This document shows, piece by piece, positions 1-11,488 of a stretch of DNA of 64,000 nucleotides (position 1 is the first letter of the stretch; every line of letters starts with the position of its first letter). Below the pieces are notes generated by a model. The model ran no database searches. It saw nothing but the letters and a program-made list of their open reading frames with translations, and had not been told where the DNA came from. The DNA is from Paraglomus brasilianum (taxonomy: Eukaryota), in the NCBI GenBank assembly GCA_910592345.1, contig CAJVPI010000018.1:1-64000 (forward strand). The letters are read 5' to 3'. Both the position numbers and the translations under genes were made by a program.

Positions 1-1233
1 GCTGAAGTTAATGCTGAAAAAGGTAAAATTAATACTGAAAAAGAAGCAATAGAAGATGGAAAAAATAAAGCCAAAAAAGGTAGAGTAAGTGGTTTAATCA
101 CCCAATTTAAAACTTTTCGAGATAAGCCGGGGAAGAGAAGTTATCGAGAACTATTATTTATGCAGAATATTTTGGGGTGGATTAAAAAGTGAGAAATTTT
201 GAAAACGGATGCCACTTTTGATCCCGTTGCCGAATTAGCCAAGTTAGATGCCGTTGAAACTGATAATCAAGGTAAACTAGCTAAATATAACCACTGAGTA
301 GGACATGGCACTCACTTTACGGAAAGGTTAGATAATTGAAAAAAAGATGATGGCAAATACTTTAATAAGGAGGCAGTCAGAAATTATTTGCAAAGTATAA
401 AAGATTCTTTAGAATCCGTGAGTCGGGGATTAGATCCAGTGGAACAAAATGAGTTAGATCAACTCACTCACTATATTGAGAATGGTGAAGTTCCCATGGA
501 AGAGAGAATTCTGCCCATGGACCTTAAAGCAGCCTTAGGAGTCAAAACTAATGTGTTTAGTGAATTAGCTAAAAAATGAATTAATTATTCCCAAAACATT
601 AATTTCAAGACCAACACTGATGAAATTAGAAATTTGGCTAACAAAGTTAATGGTAAAGGAGCTAAAATTAAAACTCCTGACCTCATTAAATACTGTAAAG
701 AAATTCTTGCTAAAAGACCTGAGTTAGTAGAAGATAATGATATTTGTTATCTTCCGGAAGCCAATGCCAACAATTGAGATTGATTAGACTGATTCTTTAC
801 TCAGGATCCCAAAGTAGTGGTAGGAACCATTGCTTTACAGGAAATCCAAGCAGATAGTAATCTCAAAAAACAAATCCTGAAAGAGATGAAAGATTATAAA
901 GAAGATCAAAAAGGATTGGTTAGGTTAGATCTCTCAGTTTATGGAGATGGTAAAGAATTTAGTGAAGATGGAATTATTAAATACTATACTGAAAAGTTAG
1001 GAGGACAAAATCATGCCAAGAAGAAGTATGAAAAGTCTTTTGAGGATAATAAACAAGAAGGTTTCTGAAGAATTAATAATCCTTCTGCTTGAGCAGCTGG
1101 AGGAGGAATTCTTTTATTACTAAGTAGTCTTGGTTGAGCCATCTGAAAAAGAAAACTCCTGGCTCAATGATGAAACTCCCCTGCTGAACTAGAAGAAGAA
1201 GAAGAAGAAGAAGAGGATGAGGATGATGATTAA
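1..1233 (+). CDS. 5'-truncated intronless ORF in genetic code 4 (TGA=Trp); Mollicutes-like membrane-anchored protein
   Basis: Frame +1 has no TAA/TAG for 410 codons until TAA 1231-1233, but has 13 in-frame TGA (190, 295, 337, 577, 775, 781, 790, 1066, 1090, 1135, 1144, 1168, 1171) and one TGG. Read as Trp they give NWDWLDWFF and a C-terminal anchor SAWAAGGGILLLLSSLGWAIWKRK plus an acidic E/D tail. K/E/N/I-rich composition. Confidence 0.85.
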
Positions 1234-1248
1234 TAATGATTTGATTGT

Positions 1249-1506
1249 TTATTCTGCCAGTCTTCTTTTCTTTCTTGGTTCGTCATAAGTTGGTGGTAAT
1301 GTTCGTTTATGGTTTATTATCTTTTGTTCTTCTTGATAAATTTCATAAGTAATTTTTTCCTTATCTAGATATTTCTGGAGAGTTTGGGTATCATTGATTT
1401 TAAAAATGTATGGAGCAATTTTTTCTCCTTGCTCTTTCTTTAAAATACTTCAAATAGTGCTGTAATTTTTGGGTTCTATGGTGGATTTGATATAAATTAG
1501 TTTCAT
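1249..1506 (-). pseudogene. Small 85-aa ORF (one in-frame TGA) of a locally repeated family of unknown function
   Basis: ATG 1506 to TAA 1249: MKLIYIKSTIEPKNYSTI(TGA)SILKKEQGEKIAPYIFKINDTQTLQKYLDKEKITY...LPPTYDEPRKKRRLAE. Homologous DNA at 16392-16440 and 19014-19207. Confidence 0.55.
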
Positions 1507-1794
1507 ATACTTTATTTTTATATAGGGGTAGTCCTATATTGCTCCTGTTATGGTTTATTATTATCATTATTATAGACAAGCACCATTATTACTTTCAAAA
1601 TGTTATTGTCAAATTAGTTAACTATCAGCCACATCAGCCTCACATTTATGTCACATAACAGAATGTTCACTTTGTCTGGTTTTGTTGCAGTCTGCCCCAT
1701 ATTAAGCAACAATAACTTTGCGATCGTGCCATCAATCGAGTTTTTGACTACAATTGCGTCGTCATAACGAGCTTACGGGAATAGAACTGCATTA

Positions 1795-3120
1795 TGTAGT
1801 ACCCCCCAGAATGATTTTTACAATACCGCCTGGCATGATACCAAATATTTTTATTTAAAACAAAAAGTTTAGCAACTAATTCAAACAGTCAAGGAGTAGT
1901 TGTACATGTCGGGATAGTATAATGTTAATTTTAATGCAACCGAGCTCTTATGTACTGCTTCCGAGCACCGTCAGCGTGGCGGAACTGAGCCCCCTTTATC
2001 AGTGCCACACTCAGTACCACACTCAGTACCACACTTGGATGTGGTCGATCACGCCTTATATAGTATAGAAACATGTATAGAATATTCCAGACACTTCTGT
2101 CATACATACAATTATGGAAAGCGTCAAATATATATTTTTATTGAATAAATTATTCGGTATCCGAATTGAATAAAAACTTTACTTCTAATATTTTTAATAG
2201 TTTATCACATCTTTTAGACTTTATTCCGTTATACATTTCTGAACAGTCTCGCTCATCTGTTCAAGAAGAGTCTCTATCTTGCAAATAATTTCTGCTTTTC
2301 AGTATTCGGAGAATCTAGTATTGAGATTACTGTGAGTTAGAGTTTCAATAAACTTCACAGCAACTTGATTATGTTTACTTAGCCATGTCTCAATGAGCAG
2401 TTTGTTAAGTTTTCTAAAGAGTATCTCCGATCAAAAGTTCAATATCCCCCATATAAAGATTGTCGTTCTAATCGTGCAATATCAACTGCTGCTTGTACTG
2501 ACTACAATATCGTAAATCCCACTGTTCGGTAAGAATTTCATTTGCTTTGCACTGTGCTTCATACAAACCACGAATCGTAATCGCATTATCTGTAACTGTC
2601 CTTTTAAATCTTCTATTTCGTCTCTGATTTTCTAGCTGCCTCTGCATCTGTGTTAACTGATTGGTGAGGTCAGTTATTAACTGTGACTGCTGATTTTCCA
2701 GTTGACTATATACTTCAGAAGTCTTCTAACTCTCTGTCAAGTTCGGCAACTACAGTACATCAGGCTGATCAACGGGAATGGCATTATCTTCATCGGTGTT
2801 GAATCGAAGTCTCTTATTATCTTGAACGGAACCTATTAGCGTTAGATATTGGTAAAATTGATTAGTAGCAATAATCTGATTATAATGTTTTTCGCAGATT
2901 GAATAAGATCCTAAACTAGAATGAAGGTTAGTAGATTATTGTGATATAATGAGAGTCATTTGGCTGTCTCCGAAGCACTAGTACAGTAGTATGCCGCCAT
3001 CTTTACAACTCTTTCGTCTCGCATGGCTTTAATCCAACTTCTCACCCAAGTCTGCAAAAAGACATTTGCTCTTGCTGTCTGCTTAACCGACACTATTTTA
3101 AATACTGGAATAGTTAGGAG
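1795..3120 (-). mobile_element. Possible highly degenerate LTR-retrotransposon relic (gag-like fragment plus LTR-like segment)
   Basis: Minus-strand fragment VRSWIKAMRDERVVKMAAYYC (~2985-3050) resembles Ty3/Gypsy gag. 1795-2108 is bounded by TGTA...TACA and contains short CACACTCAGTAC repeats. Many stops; no TSD found. Confidence 0.3.
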
Positions 3121-3925
3121 ACTGTCTTATGACGCGAGGCAACTTTGATTTTTAATTAAAAGTGGTAATGACAATTATATTGTTCATACAATCGCTTGAC
3201 TTTACCGGTATAGCCAGAATTGACTGCAATGTGACGCGCATACAACAAATCTACTCGAAATTGTTTAATATTAACCAAACACTTGATAAAATTGCAATGG
3301 GAACGTTTTCAGATTCCGAAATTCATTATTTTAAAGTATGATCGCAAAGACTTTGGAGAAAATATCGATCGTACCATCACATACGCAGAAAACATTTGTT
3401 GAATGTGGAGCGTGGAGACGGAGGATTAGTAGTCTAGGTCTGTTAGTAATAAATTGGATAGTTGGGACTATATATATGACAAGACAACACTCTCGCTCAT
3501 GCAGCACCACTTGGATAAATAAGAACGCTGGGCAACTAGTCATCTCAATCGCCTGATCTTGTCAGAAACAATGGGCAAATCCAAGATAGATATATTAATC
3601 TTATAAGTGTATGTCGAAAAGGTGCAAGTTTACATTAGAGGCAAAGAAGGCCAACTAAAATGCTATGACAAATACTATACAGCTTTGGTATGACGGTTCG
3701 ACGAGCCTGTATATTATTAATTAATAAATAGTACAGAATTGGTAAAAAACAAATGCCAAAACTATCGCTACCACTGTTAAAAGTGTTATCGCGCTACTAT
3801 TGTGATGCTTTAGTTTTGACACATGCAAGTCAAAAACTAACATATATCTATACACTCCAAATAGCACACTAGAGGTTCAAATGGAAGAAATAGGATTGGA
3901 TCCAAAATTGATTGTTCATGTCAAT

Positions 3926-6900
3926 CTACTCTTCAGAAGCGAGAATGTCCAAACACGTCACGACACCCATAACTCCGCTAATGAAATAACTAGCTTCGCT
4001 ACTCTTAGACCCAACAGTACATGTGATTGTGGTCTTGACGTTTTCTAACTTATTAACGTAGTTGAACATGTCCTCGTCCGTACGATCATCACCAATTGCA
4101 AGAATAAAATCAGGCACACCGGCAAGAAGAATACGGGAGACGGCAACCGCTTTATTGGTATTACGAGGCATAACCTTTTAATAATGATTGGATGTGAGAA
4201 AAGACACATATATATATATACCAAAGAGTAAGTTTGTTAATTGAAGCGAGAAATGTAAACATTTGCTATGAAAGTGCACTTATTTACCTCGAGCTTTTTA
4301 TTCCCGGCAACCGCATGAATGGGATATATTGTTCCCAGTGCATCTTCTATGTGATTTTGACATTCTGCTGCTTGCCATGCTCTATGTACAAGACATATAA
4401 ATTAGTCATATCAATTTAACGAATTTCTATATTATCACCTGACATCTATTTAATAAACCATTGATTCCTGGGTATCGATCGCTTCGACTTACCCATAGCT
4501 TTGGTTGTCGGCGGAACGATAATGCTGAAAACATAAACGATATATAATGTAAGTCGTCATGGCAAACACAAGCACGCCCTATCAGGTTGAACACATACCC
4601 ATACAATAGATACATCCTTCATTTCTATATATGATCCAGGAGTTCTCTCCGCAAAGTAGTCGAAGATCTGTTTTTTACGACATCATACCATTTGTAAGTC
4701 ATAATTTGTATTGACTTTTGCAGCAATGCAGCTTACCTCCTGGACCTGCTCCCTCCATCCTATGTCTATGTCGGAAATAAGACTTTCCCAATCACCACCA
4801 ATTGGTTTAATAAATGCACCGTTCTCTGCACTCAATCCAAGATTAGGTATATCACCCAATCGCTCATCAAGTGATTGCCGCGTCCGACCGCTCATCACAT
4901 ATACTTGATTCTTAGGGTTGCTGCAAAGTTTTTTCATTATATTGACATACTCCTGAGGCGGCCTGCCTGATGTGTTGGCTTTCTCGTAAGGAACAAGAGT
5001 TCCATCATAGTCAAGAAGGATTCTGATGGAGAGAGGTTAGACGTTGAAGTTGAAGAGTCAGCAGACCTAATTCATTGCATGCAATTATGCATTCTTACAA
5101 ATGAGTTGGCTAAAACACGTACAATCTCTTCTCGGCCTTGTGGAAAGCGTCTTCGAAAGATTTGGGATTCAAATGCGGAATATGTATAGAGAAACGTCGC
5201 TGCATGTCACTATGCACTTTCTCCAACTCGGTGATAAAACTCTGAGCCCAGAACTGGGCAGAATGGGTAGTGACGTTTTTAAATAACTCCTACCAACCGC
5301 ATATGAAAGTGAAAGTCAGTGCATCATATTAACGCATATTGTCAATACATGATAATACAAAACCTTCCATCGAACGGTTGCATCTTCGTCCGACATATTC
5401 AATGCTTCATGGATTGCATCGGCTGTTTCCTTCAGTCAAAATCATAGATGGGCATTAGACTAGACAACCATTGGAATAAAAATCAAAATTGTATTTATCG
5501 AATCACGTATACCCTATAATCCCATGGATTTATACGGATAGCAGCACCAAAACTTCCGTAAGTCCCTGCAAACTAATAAAATGCACCAGTAACTTCATTA
5601 AAATGCTATTCGCACGCGGTATAACCTATTCCGCATAATCACCTCGCTAAGAATCAACGGTCGGCGAGTTTCCTCCTGGCAAACGACATATTCGTGCGAT
5701 GTCAAATTCATCCCGTCACGAAGTGAGGTAATAAGACATGCATCAGCAGCAGTCAGCAAGGCCAAGTACTGACTGAACGTAATATCTTTGTGAAGGTAAT
5801 TAACAGGCTGGTACGCGAGATTACTAAATTTCGAATTTATGCCAGAGACAACATCTGAGACTTGGCTTTGAGTTTCATTTTGATCAGTCGTTGAGAGAGC
5901 GACCTGGATTAAGACAACCTAAGTATTGAATAATAGAAATGCATTGATTATGGTTGTACATAGAAAGATTTGTTCATTTCGACTCCATTACAATATACTA
6001 GATGACTGACTTTGCCTTGCCACTCTGGATAGTTTGTAAGGAATCTCTCAAAAGCAAGCATCTTATGTCTTACTCCCTTGACGTAATCGAGTTTATCACG
6101 TGCCACTACTAGTTTCTTTCCATTATATTTCTCTTTAAGCAGACGCGTCCACTTTAAGACTTCGGATTCTTTCCTGCATAGCAAATAGTGTATAGAAACG
6201 GCAATATGGCAAACTAAGCATCGTCAGATACATCTCAATCTCCACGTAAATTTACATACCTTTTTTCGTTCAATGCCTGAACGTCAATCCCTTGAGAAAC
6301 ATATACAATATCGTTCAATCAAGATAAACGGGCCGTGCAGACAAAAAAAATTACAGACTGCATTCTAATTACCAATTGGAAATATTCCAACGGATACAAA
6401 ATTGTTTTCTAACTGGATGCCTTTCGGCGTTGCCTCCAAAGCCAAGATGCGCGAACAAGTCTGGAAGAAATGTCGTGCAAAAGAATATGTCTAATAATAT
6501 TGAAATGATATAATTAGGTTAAGTTAAGGTTATTGCATTTGATAGATGAGCAAATCGATCAGCATTCGATTATCATACCTGAAATCCGATCAAATCGGCT
6601 CCAAGAACTCCTTCCAATAGCTGCTTACGTACTGGATGGCAATTTACAGAAGTGAGTATATTTAATAGCATTGGGATGAATAAACTGCACATTGATTATT
6701 AATAGACATACCGAATAAACACCTAAAGATTTCAGAACTTGGAAATGGAACGTGCAAGAAAAATCCGATCATAGCATTAGGACGCTTCTTCCTTAGCATC
6801 TCGGGTACCAATAGCAAATGGTAATCATTGATCCAAACTAACCGAATTCACACCAATTTATTAGACACGTCTTCAGGATATAATTAACACGCGACAAAAC

Positions 6901-7803
6901 TTACGAAAAAAGAAACATACTAATATCTCCTGGTTGATAATGCTCTGCAATAGCATCAGCAAATCGTTGATTGAGTGTAACATAGTGTTTCCAAGAATCG
7001 TCTTCGTACACTCTGGATTTAGGGTCGTCAGGAAGGACATAGTGGAAAGTAGGCCAGAGAACCTGCGAATAAAAAATTGGAAATTTAGAGAATGAAATAA
7101 AAAAAAAAGAGACTGACATTTATGAGAAATCAAAAGGACCATTGTATTATACACGGGCCTTGATGTCCCCAGATTTGAACACAGACGCGGAATTGAAAAA
7201 AAAAAACACGCGTCGTTTATAGAAGATACATACTTGCTTGCAAAATTTGTCATAATGTCCGTCAAATTCGACATCTGGAACGAAAACCGGAATCGCGTTG
7301 TACTCCTTCGTGAGCTTCGTCCCAATATCTTCTTTTTTGTCATCTGTCAATGTGTCCGTGAACAACCCAAGGGTTCCCACCCACATCAAATATGGTAATT
7401 TATCTGAAATCGATTTAATCGCGTTTTGCAATCCGATGTTTCCATTCGGACAAGGCTCGACTGTCCACGGCGCTTCGGCAAATAACTTTGTACAGTCAAT
7501 GGACATTCTTTTCAAATTAACAGTGTTGGAAGCGCGACTGCGAGGGTGCGTCAAGGTGGCAGGGTGAGTAGTATCGTCCTCTTTACCAGGAAATAGCTTA
7601 TTCGCATCTTCTTCCGGCTTTTGTGGATTTTTCAGATTATTTGTTCTCTGAGCCGCCAAAGTTTCGATAAGATTTGGTTTGGGTGAGGTCAGATTTACAT
7701 TTGATTCGTATTTTACATCTTTCTCTTTGTCTATTTGGAATGATACCGTGTATGGTAGAAAGAGTGAAACAATTACGACTCTGTTAATGGTAATGGGGGC
7801 CAT
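3926..7803 (-). CDS. TPS2: Trehalose-6-phosphate synthase/phosphatase (GT20 + HAD phosphatase), Tps2-like, multi-exon
   Basis: GT20 motifs [42 protein letters not shown]; intact HAD motifs LLDYDGTL (~5000-5020), [24 protein letters not shown] introns; ATG 7803, TAG 3926. Confidence 0.9.
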
Positions 7804-7948
7804 ACTTGCGCAATGGCAACCCGAGCAAACTCCCTTTGAAGCGATGAGAAAAATATTTTATATGATAGATAGCCAATCAAATCGACTCTCTTCCGGATAG
7901 GATCAACAAAGGGCGGATGCAATTTTTTTTTGTTGTAATAGCAAAAGG
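7804..7948. promoter_or_regulatory. Putative compact bidirectional promoter
   Basis: Only 145 bp separate the divergent start codons at 7803 (-) and 7949 (+). Confidence 0.5.
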
Positions 7949-8526
7949 ATGTTCAGAACTAGTGTGCGACTTATGCAGGCCGTTTCTACGCGTATTTTAA
8001 ATGACATTAAGAGTAAGCAACAATATAATATCTTCATGTGTTTGTATTAACGCCGCCTTGCCCCTTTATTTGACACACAAATAAAATCTTTTAACTATCA
8101 GAATCGCCACAGGTGACTACATTGCCCTCTTCGTCCCTCGGTTACTCTGAGACTACAATTACAGCACTAGAGTCACTCCGCTCTCAACTGCACTGCTATG
8201 CTGTGACGGAAATAGTTGGCCGACAGTACCTAATAACAAAAAATGACCTAATAGTAACTAATAGACTTCGAGACGTTGACCTCGGAGATATCGTACAGCT
8301 GAATAGGGTGAAAGAATTAGGAAGCAAAGACTTCACTATTAAAGGAGACCCCTATGTTAGTAATGACTATTATCATATTACTGCGACCGTAGTCGAGCAA
8401 CCTAAAGGCCCTTTTACGGAAATCATTAAGAAGAAAAAGCGGAATAGGCGAAAGAAGAGGATTACTCATAAGCAGACATATACGGTTCTTCGTGTTAGAG
8501 AAGTCGAGGTCACTAAACTACAATAG
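7949..8526 (+). CDS. MRPL49: Mitochondrial ribosomal protein bL21m (yeast Mrpl49 / human MRPL21 family)
   Basis: Exon 1 7949-8012 (MFRTSVRLMQAVSTR, transit-peptide-like), intron GTAAGC 8013-8101, exon 2 in frame with L21 motifs YAVTEIVGRQYLIT and KKKKRNRRKKRITHKQTYTVLRV. Confidence 0.9.
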
Positions 8527-11488
8527 GATTGAATCGCCATGATTGGTCGTATTTTACATTGTGGCTTAGCAGTTACAATGACATCATACTTCTGTAATAG
8601 AATATGAGCGTGAGAATTTCACGAGTATGCGGTAACATTTCATTCGAGTACAATTTCTGGTCTAAACCTGACATGGAAATGGCGTCGGCTACTTATTTTA
8701 TAACAATAATATACCTAGTTAATAATCGGGGGACTCGATGTTCATATTTATATTCGCACTCATTTCGACAAAGTAATAATATATCGCACCCTCGCCAAAT
8801 CAGCGAGGCCTCGTACACGATCGATTTTTAGCCAACCATGACGATATATGATTTTGTCCATAATTAGTATCCGTCAATAAATTGTTTAAACCAGAAGAGT
8901 TCACTGATACCCACCATAGCTGATCAACGGTTAGTGTCGCAATTCAGGTTCAAGTGATATACCGCACTAATGCCCACACTTGATAAATGCACCTGAGGCG
9001 GTATAAGTTCCCAGATCTTACATGGGAGCGATATTCTGTTTATGCCCTGCTCTGACTATTATATTCTAGAGATATAACCGTTTTGTTGTCATCAAATTCA
9101 TGAGCTTGTCGAACTGCCAATACACCGTGATTATGTCTGGCCTCTTCATTATTCTAAGCTGTCCATAATTATTGACTTGCGAATGAAACTAAATGTCCAT
9201 GCATTTATTAGAATAAATAGGAAAAAGTTGCGTATCCTTTACAAAATCGATAGAAAACTGCTCATATTATTCTTCCAATTTTTAGGCGCAAAAATTTAGA
9301 ATTAACAATTTTCGGGCTGCTCTGTTTGGTGTTAAGAATGCTATCGTCATTAGGGGATAATACATAATCAATGTCATAATTTGTAGTCGTTAATTTTTAT
9401 TTCGCAACGCAAACAAAACCAACGTACGGTAAACCAGTCTTTTTTTATGAGAAAATGAGACTTTCAGGAACACCCTAAACCTTTTTTTTAAAAACATGGT
9501 CGTAAATTATATTTGCTTGCTGAGCGTATTTCTGCGCGTTTCGATGGTGGGTGGAGGGCTTGCCATTTTCACCTGTAATAGCAATATAGTAGGTACTGGC
9601 GCTGGATTGATGGCTAGGATAAATATATAAGCGCGATTTCCGTTAGATGTTCATGTTCCTTTAATGTTCAATTAACATTCCTTTCTAATATACGAGTGGT
9701 TCTTTACACTCTGAAATACATTATTGATAATTTGTTCCTTAGAGCGCGCACCACTAATCCTTATATCAACTATTCGTCTAAGTAATAATAATAAATGCAT
9801 TTAAACTTTATATTACTAAGATTCATTACTATTACGAGATTTATAATTAAACAAGCCAATGCGCTGTCCACAATAAAAGCAATTAACACCATACAGGGGA
9901 CATAAAATTGTGTATTTACTGCCACTACATTAAAATTTGGTCGCTAGCACTCTCAAAAAATGCAATCAATATGTTTATGTCTTCGGCATATCTCTAATTT
10001 GTGGTAGAAAGAATAATATCACTTAAAACTTCTTGCTGCGCACATTTTTCCAACCATTAAATATAATAGTAACTGGTTCCAGAAGAGCAGAAACTTGGGC
10101 AACTTCTATCGCTGGATTTACGAAAGCAACTAAATCGCGAAAAGTAATACTTCCAACGAATAAAAGTAGCACCATACGAGGGAGAGCGTTCGTATATCGA
10201 CTTTGAGATTTAGCTTTTTTCAACGACACCTCTACTCCTGATTCGACAATTAATGACCTTAACCACTAGTTTTAAATACTCACGATGCTAGATTAGTCTT
10301 GCATACGCTATCCTCAGATTATTATTTAATTCGGACGATTGTTTTTCGATAAACCGTAAATAATTAATATAACGTCAGAATTTCATCCAAAAATCTTAAT
10401 TGCCATACCTATCAGACATCACATATGACATACATGTGCCTGAAATAATTGACATAGATATTATCTTGCATATTTGCTTATTGTAATAAATCGGCATTAT
10501 TTCTTTCTCTAGCTTGTTGCAATAATGGACAGCATTACGCGCTACTAGTTCTTCATACAATCATTACAATCCCATAGTTGGTCGATCAAAAAACATGTGA
10601 AATCCACTCGCAATGTTTCTATTCAGTCATATCCCATACCGCGCGATCTGAAATATTAAGTAGAAAAATAGACTTTGCAAGCATTCTGCTATCTCAATAC
10701 AAAATATATAGTAGCCCGTTTGTTATGTCGACATCACCGTTATTGTCATCATCTACAAAGTGATAAAAGGCTCTAGTCAACTTTAAAATATAGATTAGTA
10801 TTCACGAAGCGACAGTAATGAGCAAGATACAAATAAACGTAATGACAGCAAGTCAGTGAGACTCGGAAAAAGATTTTGTTTGAGGCGGACTTAAAACAAT
10901 ACTCGCATTTATTAAAGAGCAGCCAGACAATTCGTCTGCTGCACGAGAAGATGTGGTTAATTTACGACGTGAATTAACAGAGTGGAAAGTCTTTAGACAA
11001 AGGTCTCAGATCGTTTTGTGACAAGTTAGATCGAATAAAACGAGTAAAACATGTTAATATAATAGTTGAACTCGTTGTGTCACCTGCTTTTTATGCCCTT
11101 ATACCAGTCTCTCCTAACAGCCCAATTCCATGGACGGTATAAACAGATTTCAATTAATTGACGGTATGAATAAAAAGATTCAATACCCAATAAAGGACTA
11201 CCAACTCAACAGTATTATACAAGAAAAGCACCATTGAAAAAGGGTAAGGATTTCATTAGTAAAATTTTAGGGAAAAAAATTACGAGAATACTTTTGTTGG
11301 TGCGTGCAAATCATATTCTCGTATATGTATATGACGATACTTTTGATAAAATTGTCCAAGCTCTTACAGTATATACATGTCATACTAGAGGTATTGCAAA
11401 AATATTATGTAATACACATAAAATAAACTAAAAATACAAGCATTTTCATAACAATGTTCCATAATACAAGCTCGCTCATAATTAAAAG

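Noticed and set aside
388..1068. ORF-track calls 388-579 and 817-1068 as separate genes
   Set aside because: Both are pieces of one frame bounded only by TGA codons; an artefact of using the standard code.
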